Shown here: positions 11,288 to 21,576 of the stretch, piece by piece
How positions within the stretch are numbered: the stretch's first letter is position 1
Layout: every line of letters starts with the position of its first letter
Origin: an uncultured Rivularia sp.
GTDB lineage: Bacteria > Cyanobacteriota > Cyanobacteriia > Cyanobacteriales > Nostocaceae
Assembly (NCBI GenBank): GCA_963665115.1
Contig: OY762007.1
Coordinates: 7,136,001-7,200,000 of the forward strand
Direction of reading: 5' to 3'
DNA length: 64,000 bases
Made by a program: the position numbers and the translations under genes
The notes under the pieces: generated by a model
Told to the model about the DNA's origin: nothing
Database searches by the model: none
Seen by the model: only the letters and a program-made list of their open reading frames with translations

Positions 11288-12373
11288 ATGATTAGCAGAA
11301 GAGAATTTTTGACAGGGTTAGCTGCACTTTCTGGATTAATAACTGCAAGTTGCGGTTGGAGGTTGGGTAACGTAAGAGCCACTTCTCCTATAGCTGGTGC
11401 GCTTGATGAATTGCATCTTTACACTTGGACTCAATACACTGATAATCAATTATTAAAAACTTTCAGCGCTCAAACTGGGATCAAAGTACTTGCAGATGTA
11501 TACGATGCCAATGAGGTAATGCTAGCTAAATTACAAGCTAGTGGTGGTGGTACTTATAGCTTAATTTACCCATCTGACTACGTTGTACAGAAGATGGTAG
11601 ATAAAGGATTATTAAAACAAATCGATCGTCAGCGTTTAATCGGGTTAGATAATTTGTTTCCCCGATTTCAAAATCCCGAATACGACCAAAATAATAGTTA
11701 TAGCGTCCCCATGAGTTGGGGTACTACCGGATTTATTTACAATTCCGAAAAATTAGAAACAGAACCGGAAGATTGGGATTATCTTTGGCAAAATCAAGAA
11801 AAACTTTCCAAACGAATCACCTTACTTAATGATGCACGGGAAGTAATTGGCGGGGTTTTAAAGATGCTGGGTTATTCTTACAATTCACAGAATGAAAAGC
11901 ACATCGAATCAGCTTATGAAAAACTGCAAATTTTAAAACCTGATATTGCCGCTTTTAGTACCGATGCATGGCGAAATCAAATCATGTCGGGGGATTTAGT
12001 TTTAGCAATGTGTTATTCTTCAGATGCTTTTCAGATAACTAGAGAAAACCCCAAACTTAAATACGTAACACCAAAAAGTGGTTCATCTTTATGGACAGAT
12101 ACGATTGCAATTCCGACAACAACCAGTAATATAGACGCTGGCTATGAGTGGATTAACTTTATGTTAAAGCCAGAGGTAGCAGCCCGGATGAGTCAACGTT
12201 TAGGTGTTGCAACTCCAAATCGCGCCGGTTTTGAATTATTGCCTAAAAAAATCCAAAACAATCCAACTTTATTTCCATCAGAAGATATTTTAGAAAAATG
12301 CGAACGTCTTAGCCCCATTGGAGAATTTGAAGAAGTTTTCCAGCGCTATTGGACTAAATTGACGAGCGGTTAA
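11288..12373 (+). CDS. potD: Polyamine ABC transporter substrate-binding protein
   Basis: Tat-type SRREFL signal with a lipobox-like Cys; PSDYVV, WGTTG and LLNDARE motifs. Confidence 0.9.
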   Translation: MISRREFLTGLAALSGLITASCGWRLGNVRATSPIAGALDELHLYTWTQYTDNQLLKTFSAQTGIKVLADVYDANEVMLAKLQASGGGTYSLIYPSDYVVQKMVDKGLLKQIDRQRLIGLDNLFPRFQNPEYDQNNSYSVPMSWGTTGFIYNSEKLETEPEDWDYLWQNQEKLSKRITLLNDAREVIGGVLKMLGYSYNSQNEKHIESAYEKLQILKPDIAAFSTDAWRNQIMSGDLVLAMCYSSDAFQITRENPKLKYVTPKSGSSLWTDTIAIPTTTSNIDAGYEWINFMLKPEVAARMSQRLGVATPNRAGFELLPKKIQNNPTLFPSEDILEKCERLSPIGEFEEVFQRYWTKLTSG

Positions 12374-12418
12374 TTGAAGTTGGGAGTTGGGAGTTATGTG
12401 AAAAGTGTAATATTTCTA

Positions 12419-12530
12419 TTACTCCCTTCCCGGCTTTACGATTACTTACAAAAAAAGCCTTACTAGACGCAGAGAGAGCAGAGGAAAGAGATAGAGATAA
12501 ACAGGTAATTTTAGAGCGGGAAGGGAGTAA
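12419..12530. mobile_element. MITE-like element with perfect 14-bp terminal inverted repeats
   Basis: TTACTCCCTTCCCG at 12419-12432 and CGGGAAGGGAGTAA at 12517-12530; TA to TA length 110 bp. Confidence 0.7.
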
Positions 12531-12671
12531 CAAAAATAGTACAATATGTCCGTAAAAAAAGACTAAAATATTAACTCATCATTATTTCAAGCTTAAATTT
12601 TTATTTTCAAATTCAATAACTCCTAATTCCCAATTCTTAATTCCTAACTTATAACTCCTAACTTTTACTCC

Positions 12672-13577
12672 ATGACTACCGAAATCCAAAATACCCAACC
12701 AAACAATTACCAGAATATTAAATCGAGAAGATCGGCACAAAACTGGTTTCAAGCTTTAGTATTGCTAGTACCTGCTGCTATCTGGCTGTTGTTATTATTA
12801 GTATTACCAACGCTGATAATTATTCAATTAAGCTTTGTACCAGGAATTAGACCTGGAGATATTGTCAATCCAAGTGGCTTTGAAAATTATTTACGCATAT
12901 TAGATCCTCTTTATTTACAAGTAATTAAACGCTCTTTACTTTTAGCTTTAGCTACTACAGGTATTTGTTTACTAGTAGGTTTTCCGGTTGCCTTTTGGAT
13001 TGCGCGGATGGCACCGAAACGCTTCAGAAATCTGCTAATATTAGCTTTTATTTTACCTTTATGGACTTCCTCGCTACTTCGTTCTTATGCTTGGATTACA
13101 ATTTTACGTCCCACAGGTTTACTTAATACCCTATTAACTGATTTCAATTTACCAACTTTAAATTTACTCAATACTACTCAAGCTGTATTAATTGGTATGA
13201 GCTACAATTTGCTGCCTTACATGGTGTTAATTTTATATGCTTCCTTAGAAAAACTAGATCGACGGTTGCTCGAAGCAGCATCCGATTTAGGAGCAAATTC
13301 CATACAGGTGTTCGCGAAAGTAACTGTACCTCAAGTTTTTCCCGGTATTGCTGCTGCTTCGATGCTGGTATTTATCACGGGTTTAGGAGATTACATTAAC
13401 CCCGAATTACTCGGTGGTGCAGCTAGCATGACTGCTGCACGGTTAATTTACAATCAGTTTCTTGGTACCGCTCAAAACTGGGGTTTTGGTTCCGCTTTGA
13501 GTACCGTGTTGATTTTGCTGGTAAGTTTGGCGATCGCCTTTTTAATCAAGTTTGGTGAGGGCACACCCGAAAGGTAA
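12672..13577 (+). CDS. potB: Polyamine ABC transporter permease
   Basis: Multiple TM helices, LPLWTSSLLRSYAW and the EAA loop LLEAASDLGA. Confidence 0.9.
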   Translation: MTTEIQNTQPNNYQNIKSRRSAQNWFQALVLLVPAAIWLLLLLVLPTLIIIQLSFVPGIRPGDIVNPSGFENYLRILDPLYLQVIKRSLLLALATTGICLLVGFPVAFWIARMAPKRFRNLLILAFILPLWTSSLLRSYAWITILRPTGLLNTLLTDFNLPTLNLLNTTQAVLIGMSYNLLPYMVLILYASLEKLDRRLLEAASDLGANSIQVFAKVTVPQVFPGIAAASMLVFITGLGDYINPELLGGAASMTAARLIYNQFLGTAQNWGFGSALSTVLILLVSLAIAFLIKFGEGTPER

Positions 13578-14066
13578 GTTTTTTAGCTAAATTGGCTAAA
13601 TCTAAAGAAGAATAAGGAGTAGGCAACTTAAAGTTGTTTGCGTTTTTAATCAATAAGTATTCGGCTCGTTTCCAACATGAGCTGCTTTTTCTTGTGAGAT
13701 GATTTGTTTTCTAAAAGATTAAATGTCAATCAGGTGAATGTATGAACAAAAAAAATTAGATTTTACCCAATAAGATTTTAGATTAAATTATGAATGGTTT
13801 CAAGCAATGTAACTCAAGGTATCTTTTCTAATATTGTTTTAAATGAATTAATAAATTAATTGATATATGAAGACTTGCTCTTCACTTTAGAAGATTTAAC
13901 TCAGGTATTTGGTAAACTTGATAACCCGAATTTATGGTTTCTGGAACTTTACTTCTAAAGAACAAAGAGAAGACTTGCTGCGCTACCTCGAATCATTATT
14001 TTACTTAATGTATAAACGCTTAGCGCAACAACTACTACAACAGCATCAATATCGCTAAATATATAT

Positions 14067-14817
14067 TTAAATACTCACGCTAGACTCGGCGAAATTACTT
14101 CTAAAGCTTCTTTGCCAGGGATAAACTGGGCGATTGCCAAACATGGGGATTTCCATCGAGTCCCTTTTTGAATATAAGGCAGCATATCTTGTCAGCTCTC
14201 GCCAAGTCCCGAGATCCAACTATCCCATCTGCGCTCAACCGTCGATTCGCTTGAAAGGCTTTTACCGCTGTCTCTGTAAGTACATCAAACCTTCCAGTTA
14301 TTCCCACGCCGTAACGATTATAAGTCAACAGCGTTTGCAATACTCGGACAGCATTCCCGCTATTACCATAACGTAAAACAGGGAGTGGCTGACCTCGATA
14401 ATATTGCGCCAGTAAACGTTCTTCCGCGTCATATAGGGGCGTTTGTGGCGTATCCCATTCTTTCCTAAGATTAAATAGGAGGCTTTTATTCAAGAAAGGC
14501 TCGGCATTCATAGAATAGTCTTTTGAGACAGCAGAAAAAGTAACTTTTCTCCGATGCTTCTCTATTGAATTATCGAAACCCCGTGCGGAAATTTTGCCTG
14601 TATTTAAAAGTATTTTTTGATACTTTATTTGATACTTTGAATTTAAAGCGGATAAATTGGATCGAGATCCATTACGAAAAACAAAAGTGGACAAGTGCTG
14701 ACTAGATAAGCCTTGCTGAACTTTTTCCGGTTGAACGTTAACTAAAGTCGAAAATGTAGGCAGAAACGGTTGCCCCTGCGTTATAAAGCTTGCCACTAGC
14801 AAACCCAGTACGGTCAT
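14067..14817 (-). CDS. Peptidoglycan-binding domain protein (probable +1 error at about 14209)
   Basis: C-terminal PG_binding_1 motif LRYGNSGNAVRVLQTLL...TETAVKAFQANRRLSADGIVG. Removing one base restores the SRTWRELTR ending seen in its neighbour. Confidence 0.82.
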
Positions 14818-14869
14818 CTATTTGACCTCCTAATACCTACACTACTTATGACAGCACCATAAGTGTACA

Positions 14870-14875
14870 TCCGGA
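14870..14875 (-). promoter_or_regulatory. DIF1-like TCCGGA motif upstream of the first PG-binding gene
   Basis: TTTTCCGGA about 53 nt before the ATG; the paralog has the same motif at a similar distance. Confidence 0.45.
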
Positions 14876-14962
14876 AAAACTCTTAGGTCAAATGTATTAT
14901 AAAACACTCATAATAGGACTTTTTTTAAGGTATGATTCAAAGTATTCTTTTCTACATTGTTA

Positions 14963-15670
14963 TTACCTTGTTAATTGTTGCCAAGTCTGTTGTCCAACTA
15001 CACCATCTATAACCAAATTCCGGTTACTTTGGAAAGCTTTTACGGCAGTTTCTGTAAGTGCGCCAAAATTTCCATCAACTCTTATCGGATAACCATTGGC
15101 TAATAACAGTCGCTGTAGAATTCTGACGGATAGCCCGGAAGTACCAAAGCTCAAATTTGGCAGTCTTTGTCTGTAGCTGGTAAAAAACATTCCTGAGTTA
15201 GTTTGTCTGGGATTCGGAGTTCCCGCAGAAGTCTGTTGCAATTGAGGAGTAACATAAGGAGTATTTTCAATCGCGTCTGTCAAACTAGGTGGGGAAGTTG
15301 AAGGCAATATAATCTCCGTCGTTGTTGAGATTGAATTGTCTGGCGAGGTTTTTAAAATAATTGGCTTTTTTGTTGCAGAAATAAGCTTGCTCCCCAACCG
15401 ACAACAATCAAGGGAGTCAATTCGATTTCTAATTTTTCTAAGTACATCCTCATTCTTTTTAGAAAAAACTGTTGAGGCTATCTGAATTCCATTTAGCCCA
15501 ATAAATTCAGGTGGTGTTATGCGAGCAAGAGTAGGATTACCAGTTGATTGAATAAGATTTGATTCTTTAACACTTAAATTAACCTCAACTGCTGTTTCAT
15601 TAAATAAATAGGGCACAGATGGATGTCCTGTTGTGAGAGCGCTCGTTATCAGCAATCCAATATCATTCAT
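14963..15670 (-). CDS. Peptidoglycan-binding domain protein
   Basis: LSFGTSGLSVRILQRLL...DGNFGALTETAVKAFQSNRNLVIDGVVGQQTW; tandem paralog of the downstream gene. Confidence 0.88.
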   Translation of the reverse strand: MNDIGLLITSALTTGHPSVPYLFNETAVEVNLSVKESNLIQSTGNPTLARITPPEFIGLNGIQIASTVFSKKNEDVLRKIRNRIDSLDCCRLGSKLISATKKPIILKTSPDNSISTTTEIILPSTSPPSLTDAIENTPYVTPQLQQTSAGTPNPRQTNSGMFFTSYRQRLPNLSFGTSGLSVRILQRLLLANGYPIRVDGNFGALTETAVKAFQSNRNLVIDGVVGQQTWQQLTR

Positions 15671-15726
15671 GGTATTTCATTTTACTAATACCCATATTTT
15701 CTTTACACAGAGTTTCCTACTGTTCT

Positions 15727-15732
15727 TCCGGA
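15727..15732 (-). promoter_or_regulatory. DIF1-like TCCGGA motif upstream of the second PG-binding gene
   Basis: TTTTCCGGA about 57 nt before the ATG. Confidence 0.45.
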
Positions 15733-15972
15733 AAACTGCGTACTTATACCTAAAAAAAAATTATTCTTGGCAAAAATAAGAATAGTTCTGTATTGTCCTT
15801 ATAGAAGTATGTAGATGCGAACGCGGATATAAATCAAACATTTTCCTTTATACTAAGAATGCTTTCATCCCTTAAATTCAAATACAAATAGTAACGCCCT
15901 TGAGATATTCCTTCTTCATGAATACTATGGGCGTTTTTTACTAAATATCTGAACTTTATTGGTATTTGTGCA

Positions 15973-16015
15973 ATTGTAATCTGCAACTAAATTATAGAAC
16001 TGTAATTACTGTTAC
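15973..16015 (-). promoter_or_regulatory. Candidate NtcA-activated promoter
   Basis: GTA-N8-TAC at 16002-16015, followed on the minus strand after 23 nt by TACAAT (15978-15973), pointing at the PG-binding genes. Confidence 0.45.
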
Positions 16016-16533
16016 CCACTACAAAATCTGTCACAATATATCTTGAATTTACAAAAAAAAGTGCTTTTTAATATCTTTTATACTTGCATTCAATTTTTGG
16101 TCGGAAAATAATCCATAATATGCTCCGAAAGTATTAGGCAAAAAAACTTACTGCTAAGTATATAGATGTAATTAATATGAATTAGTGCCTGAAATTAATA
16201 TATACATCAGAGCAAACAGCATAATTTAACTATAATCAAGGGTAATTAAACTTACCTAGATTGTTATTAAGTGCTTCATTTAACAGCAAATCACAATTAG
16301 ATAACTGTAAATACTACTTAATGGTGGTTATTAATCAACCTTCTTGTTTCAAATTATGCTTTTAAAAGCTTAAGTTTTTAAAATCACTTTGAGCAACCGT
16401 GTTATTCGCACCAAAAATGGCATAAAATGGGTTGCAAAGTCATAAAACCTTGACATTATCTAAGTTCCAAAATGCATTGGGTGAGAGGTTGGGGCGCTTC
16501 CTTCAAGCTTATTGCTTGCTCCCTACTCCTTTG

Positions 16534-17447
16534 TTAAGTCAATAAAGCTTTAGATGTGAAGGGTGATTCACGACGCAATATTTTGATTAGATAAATAATT
16601 TGATGGAATTGCTGCATTTTTCCACAATCGCGAAAGTATTCGGCAGCTTGAAGAAAATCAACACGTGCTTCAGAGTGCCTACCACTTTTATAGAAAGCAA
16701 AACCTCTGCCGACATAGGCTGCACCTTGTTTGCGATTGAGTCGAATCGATTCGGTAAAATCATTAATCGCTTCACGATATTTTTTTAGCTGACGAAAAGC
16801 ATAACCCCGATTGGAATAAGAATTTGCATCTTCCACACCTAAAGAAATTGCGCTCGTAAAATCTTCAATAGCCAATTCAAAGTCTTCTAGCTGTAAATAC
16901 GCTACCCCTCTATCGTTATGTATGGCTACCTGTAACTGAGTATTATCTTCAGCTATTAGTTTTCTAATGCTTTGTTATAGTCACTGAGTGCTTTTTGATA
17001 ACTTCTTTCATCGAAATATGCCAAACCCCTATCATAGTAAGCTCGGAAGTCATTTGGATAACTTGCAAGAAAATAATTAAAATCGGCAATCGCTGCTGCG
17101 GGTAGTTGTAATTGATAATACGCTAAACCTCGATTTAAATAAGCTTCAAAAAAATCTGGGTTTTGCTCCAAAGCCGTATTACAGTCTGCTATCGCGTGCT
17201 GGTAATCTGATGAATGCAAGAAAGCCAAACAGCGATTGTAATAGGCTTTAGTATAATTGGGATTAATTTCAATTGCTTGAGTAAAATTTTCAATCGCTGC
17301 GGTGTATTCATTACTTTCGAGTCGATCGATCGCCAATTCAAACAAGTCTTGCGAGCTATCCTGGTTTGATGCCAAAGCCCCAACTGGAGAAAATAGCATT
17401 AGTATGATAACCATCACCAAACTGAGAAATATTTGGTAAAACCGCAT
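16534..17447 (-). CDS. Secreted TPR repeat protein (apparent frameshift at about 16960)
   Basis: Signal peptide and AYYNRC/AYLNRG/AYYDRG TPR repeats. The two ORFs fuse if one A is removed from GAAAAC. Confidence 0.85.
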
Positions 17448-17496
17448 GAGTATTAGTAAAAAATAATGGGTTAGCAGAGAACTGTTAATACATAAT

Positions 17497-17563
17497 AATT
17501 AGTGGCTAATAGTTATTTTTTTCGTAGTTATATATACGAAAAAACAACTATTAACCACTAATT
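17497..17563. terminator. Long AT-rich hairpin downstream of the cytochrome c6 gene
   Basis: AATTAGTGGCTAATAGTTATTTTTTTCGTA pairs with TACGAAAAAACAACTATTAACCACTAATT, an imperfect stem of about 29 bp. Confidence 0.6.
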
Positions 17564-17600
17564 TTTCTAATAGTTACTCTTAGAATTTCAAGTCAAACTT

Positions 17601-18089
17601 TTACCAACCTTTATCAGCTTGAGCCAAAACATATTCAGCAAGTTCTTCAATTTTTCCGGAAGATAAACGTTTTCCAAAAGCAGGCATTGCATTTTTACCA
17701 TTAGTTACTTGATAAACAATGGCTTCTTTAGAATACATATCGTATTTTTCAAGAGCATCTTTTTTCAAAGTTTTCTGTGCATTAACTAAATTTCCTCCAC
17801 CTGCATGACAAGCCGCACAATTTTGTTTGAACAGCTTAGCACCTCCTTCATGAGAAGCAGCCATAGCTACAGGCTTTAGCACCGATTCTTCTTTAGATAC
17901 CTCAACAGATTTAGCAACAGTTGCAGCCGGCAGGGCAACAGTCTTGGTTTTCTCAACAACCTTTGTTACTTCCACAGGAGCAACTTGTTCAACACCTTGA
18001 GCAACAGTAGCTTGAGTTTCCTCACCACAAGCGTAAGTAAAAAGCAATAAAGGTATCACCAAAAACACAATAGATAATATTTTTTTCAT
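17601..18089 (-). CDS. petJ: Cytochrome c6 (PetJ-like) with lipoprotein-like signal and a linker of about 55 aa
   Basis: CAACH heme motif, [11 protein letters not shown] and [13 protein letters not shown] (axial Met); start [21 protein letters not shown]. Confidence 0.85.
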   Translation of the reverse strand: MKKILSIVFLVIPLLLFTYACGEETQATVAQGVEQVAPVEVTKVVEKTKTVALPAATVAKSVEVSKEESVLKPVAMAASHEGGAKLFKQNCAACHAGGGNLVNAQKTLKKDALEKYDMYSKEAIVYQVTNGKNAMPAFGKRLSSGKIEELAEYVLAQADKGW

Positions 18090-18342
18090 AGTTCTTTTTT
18101 CTTTAATTAACCTCAATATTGCAATTTGCACGCTCAAGCTTATCGTTAAATATGCGGTTATTAAATGACAGGAATATACAAATATGAAAAAAGGCAACGG
18201 GGAAAAGATAGTAGTTAGTGGTTAGTAGTCAGTAGTTGTAAATTTAAGATTTTAGCAACGGATGTAACAACGGATGCGTTTGGTTTCTTTTGGATTGAAG
18301 AGTTAAGAGTTAATTTCTCCCCATCTCCCCAAACTTTCCTGG

Positions 18343-18371
18343 TTGACAAACATACTCATAACGACTACGCT
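18343..18371 (+). promoter_or_regulatory. Sigma70 promoter overlapped by a PerR/FurC-like box
   Basis: TTGACA-17-TACGCT. The imperfect 9-1-9 palindrome CATACTCATAACGACTACG (18351-18369) overlaps the spacer and the -10 box. Confidence 0.6.
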
Positions 18372-18403
18372 TAATAGTTGTAATTATCATCATAGTTTTA
18401 TTT

Positions 18404-19138
18404 ATGCTGCCTAACAAAGAAGGTCAAAAAGTTCCTAACGTTACTTTCCGGGTTCGCGAGAACAATGATTGGAAGGATGTCACCACAGATGATTTATTCA
18501 AAGGTAAAACTGTGGTTGTCTTTTCTTTACCCGGAGCGTTTACTCCAACTTGTTCTTCAACGCACTTACCAGGATACAACGAACTGGCTCCAGCTTTTAA
18601 AGAAAATGGCGTGGATGACATCATTTGTATGTCGGTAAACGATACCTTTGTAATGAACGAATGGTCGAAAGATCAAGAAGCAGAAAATGTGACATTAATT
18701 CCCGATGGTAACGGTGAATTCTCTGAAGGCATGGGAATGTTAGTTGATAAAACAGATTTAGGTTTTGGTAAGCGTTCTTGGCGTTATTCAATGGTTGTAA
18801 AGGATGGCCTAATAGATAAAATGTTTATCGAGCCAGAAGAACCGGGAGATCCATTTAAGGTATCCGATGCAGAGACAATGCTTAAGTATATTAATCCTCA
18901 AGCAGCAAAACCCCAAAGCCTTTTCATGTTTGCTAAAGAAGGTTGTCCTTTTTGCGCTCGTGCTAAAGAGATACTCAAAGAGCAAGGTTTAAATTACGAA
19001 GAAATTACCTTGAACAAAGATTTCACCACACGTGGTTTGAGAGCAGCTACAGGCGCAACCACAGTTCCTCAATTGTTTATCGATGGTAAATTAATCGGGG
19101 ACTCAGAAGCCATAGCCGCTCACTTTGGCGCTAAATAA
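18404..19138 (+). CDS. Hybrid peroxiredoxin-glutaredoxin (Prx5-Grx)
   Basis: PGAFTPTCS peroxidatic motif; C-terminal CPFC and TVPQ glutaredoxin motifs. Confidence 0.95.
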   Translation: MLPNKEGQKVPNVTFRVRENNDWKDVTTDDLFKGKTVVVFSLPGAFTPTCSSTHLPGYNELAPAFKENGVDDIICMSVNDTFVMNEWSKDQEAENVTLIPDGNGEFSEGMGMLVDKTDLGFGKRSWRYSMVVKDGLIDKMFIEPEEPGDPFKVSDAETMLKYINPQAAKPQSLFMFAKEGCPFCARAKEILKEQGLNYEEITLNKDFTTRGLRAATGATTVPQLFIDGKLIGDSEAIAAHFGAK

Positions 19139-19169
19139 ACTAAATAAACGTTCGCCCAATTCTCGATAC

Positions 19170-19299
19170 TAGTACTCAACCACATAAGTTATACGGGGTA
19201 GAGGGAGTGCGAGCTTTCCAGCTCGCTGGTTGTAACGAGGGAGCGAGACGCTCCCACTACAAATGTGTTACCCAGCAAAATTAATGTGGCGGAATATTA
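19170..19299. mobile_element. 130-bp TA-bounded miniature element with double-hairpin cargo
   Basis: Ends TAGTACTCAACCACATAAGTTAT and AAAATTAATGTGGCGGAATATTA. Cargo GGAGTGCGAGC...GGGAGCGAGACGCTCCCACTAC is shared with about 21849-21905 and 26424-26479. Confidence 0.7.
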
Positions 19300-19493
19300 A
19301 TCGCGCGGATATGGAGATACATAAATCATTTGAAAAAATAAATCAAAACCTTAAACCGATTTTTATCATTTTTATATTTTGTAATTAATCTTAATTTTTT
19401 ATTAATTTAAGTCAGAAATATATATTTGAACACATTTAATTTTTTCATTAGAATGTTAGATAAATGGTAGCAAGTGGAAAATATTAATAAAAA

Positions 19494-19832
19494 TTGATGC
19501 TTGATATTAACACCATCGCAGAGTTTTCTCGCAACAACTGCGTAACTATCTGTGCCTTCTTGGTTCCAGCGAATTTAATTGGCACAATATCGACAATGAT
19601 TCTTGCTGCACTTCATCGTCCGTTGTCTCAAGTTTCGCAATCAGCAACTGTTGCTGGTTTTTTCGCAGTAATAATGATATTGCACGTTTACACCTGGTTT
19701 GCGATCGGTATCGTTGCCATTCCTACTTATATTTTGTTGTGGTTAGCAGTTACCTGTTTATTTACAAATTTGGGCGCGTTTTTATTCCAAAGACGTTATA
19801 TTCGGACTTACTTTTTAATTGGCAATAGATAA
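19494..19832 (+). CDS. Hypothetical membrane protein
   Basis: Three hydrophobic segments; EFSRNNCVTICAFLVPANL N-terminus resembling a conserved cyanobacterial hypothetical family. Confidence 0.75.
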   Translation: MMLDINTIAEFSRNNCVTICAFLVPANLIGTISTMILAALHRPLSQVSQSATVAGFFAVIMILHVYTWFAIGIVAIPTYILLWLAVTCLFTNLGAFLFQRRYIRTYFLIGNR

Positions 19833-19991
19833 TTGGGAATTGGACATGGGGACATTCTTAAAGTAGCGAGTAATGAGTAACGAGTAACAATTAGTGAATA
19901 GATGGTTGAGGAAGCGACAATAAGAACGAATTGGTACTTTACTTACTACTTACTACTTGTTACTCACTCCTAACTCTCAACTCCTAACTAT

Positions 19992-21353
19992 TCACTGCTC
20001 ACTGTTGACTGCTTCGCGTAATTGATTTACGACTTTATCAAGTCCGACTGAATGGGCTGCTTTGAATAAAATGCGATCGCCATTTTGGAGGTATTGTTTT
20101 AAGGCAGTTACTAGTTCGTAGTGGGTGGAATAGCAATGAATGGGAATGCCTTGGGCGCTTTTGGCTATGGCTTGTGCGTCGGCACAGTCAGTTAATACCA
20201 TCAAACTATCTAAGTTTAGAGAGCTTGCGGTTTTTCCTACGAGTTGATGAAGTTCTTCGGATTTATCTCCGAGTTCTTTCATTGCACCTAATACCGCTAT
20301 GCGTCGCTTTCCTGGTGTTTCGGCTAATAAATTCAACGCTGCAACCATTGCTTCTGGTGCTGCATTATAAGTTTCATCTAAGATTAGCACGTCGTTGAGT
20401 AAGGTAAATTGCTGGGAACGTCCTCCTGGCATATCTACCGCGACACCGTTTTTAAAATAATTCCAATCAATGCCCAATACTTGTGCGACTGCTAAAGCTG
20501 CCATGTAGTTAGCTGCTATATGTCTTCCCGGCATCGGTAAAGGTAAGCGTAAATCGGCAATTTCTAAAGTATAGTTATCGATCAAATTACCGTGGATATC
20601 TCCCCCAGTAAAACCGAAAGTAATAACCTTGCCTTGCCAGACTTTCGCTGCGGTTTCCATCAATAGAGGATTGTCGTAGTTGAGGATAGCTAACCCATCT
20701 GGTGGCATTTCTGCCAATAATTCGCATTTTGCTTGAGCTATGGCAACTTCGGAGTGGAGTAACTCGATGTGCGCGGTTCCCACATTTGTGATTACGGCAA
20801 TTGTCGGACAAGTTATTTGAGTAAGTTCGGCAATTTGTCCAAGCCCCCGCATCGCCATTTCGATAACGGCGTAATCATGTTCGGCAACTAAATCTAAAAG
20901 AGTTTTTGGTACGCCAATTTCATTATTAAAATTCTCATAAGTTTTGTGGACTTTTCCCTGAGTACTTAGAACTCCAGCAATTAACTCTTTGGTTGTGGTT
21001 TTACCCACCGAACCCGTTACCCCAATTACGGGTATTGAAAATTGATTGCGCCACCATTGACCAATTTTTTGATAAGCTTCTAGAGTATTTGTTACTTGCA
21101 ACACGGGAAATTGCGGATTGTCGTATTCAAAATCAACAATTGCCGCGCTAGCGCCTTTTTCGATTGCTGTAGCGACAAACTTATGCCCATCAAACTTTTC
21201 ACCACGAAAAGCTACAAATACTTCTCCAGATTTAATAATTCGACTGTCTGTTTGTATACCAGAAAAAGATTGTGTCAGTGCTGTTTCTGAAAGATTTACG
21301 CTTTTAGCACCAAGCAATTCAACTAGCTGTTTGAGAGTGGCAGAACAGGGCAT
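19992..21353 (-). CDS. murF: UDP-N-acetylmuramoyl-tripeptide--D-alanyl-D-alanine ligase
   Basis: TDSR, VTGSVGKTTTKE, NFNNEIGVP, DETYNA and LGAMKELG motifs. Confidence 0.96.
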   Translation of the reverse strand: MPCSATLKQLVELLGAKSVNLSETALTQSFSGIQTDSRIIKSGEVFVAFRGEKFDGHKFVATAIEKGASAAIVDFEYDNPQFPVLQVTNTLEAYQKIGQWWRNQFSIPVIGVTGSVGKTTTKELIAGVLSTQGKVHKTYENFNNEIGVPKTLLDLVAEHDYAVIEMAMRGLGQIAELTQITCPTIAVITNVGTAHIELLHSEVAIAQAKCELLAEMPPDGLAILNYDNPLLMETAAKVWQGKVITFGFTGGDIHGNLIDNYTLEIADLRLPLPMPGRHIAANYMAALAVAQVLGIDWNYFKNGVAVDMPGGRSQQFTLLNDVLILDETYNAAPEAMVAALNLLAETPGKRRIAVLGAMKELGDKSEELHQLVGKTASSLNLDSLMVLTDCADAQAIAKSAQGIPIHCYSTHYELVTALKQYLQNGDRILFKAAHSVGLDKVVNQLREAVNSEQ

Positions 21354-21576
21354 AATACCGAATATTGGGGATAAAGATGCGTTAGTTTATTAAGTTCACT
21401 GAATTGCTGAATTGTCCGCAAGCAACCCTAGCAAACAAAGTCCTCTAATCCTATAGTTCTTTTAGTGAAAACATAAAGTACCGGATTTAACATTTTCACA
21501 TATTGTTGTCACATTGATTGAAGAAATGCACAGAGTTGAGAACTGGGAATGGGTAATTGGGGGCGGTTAATCAAAG

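Noticed and set aside
10126..13577. Missing potC as a defective transporter
   Set aside because: An unlinked second permease is known for cyanobacterial potADB clusters; it cannot be judged from this window.
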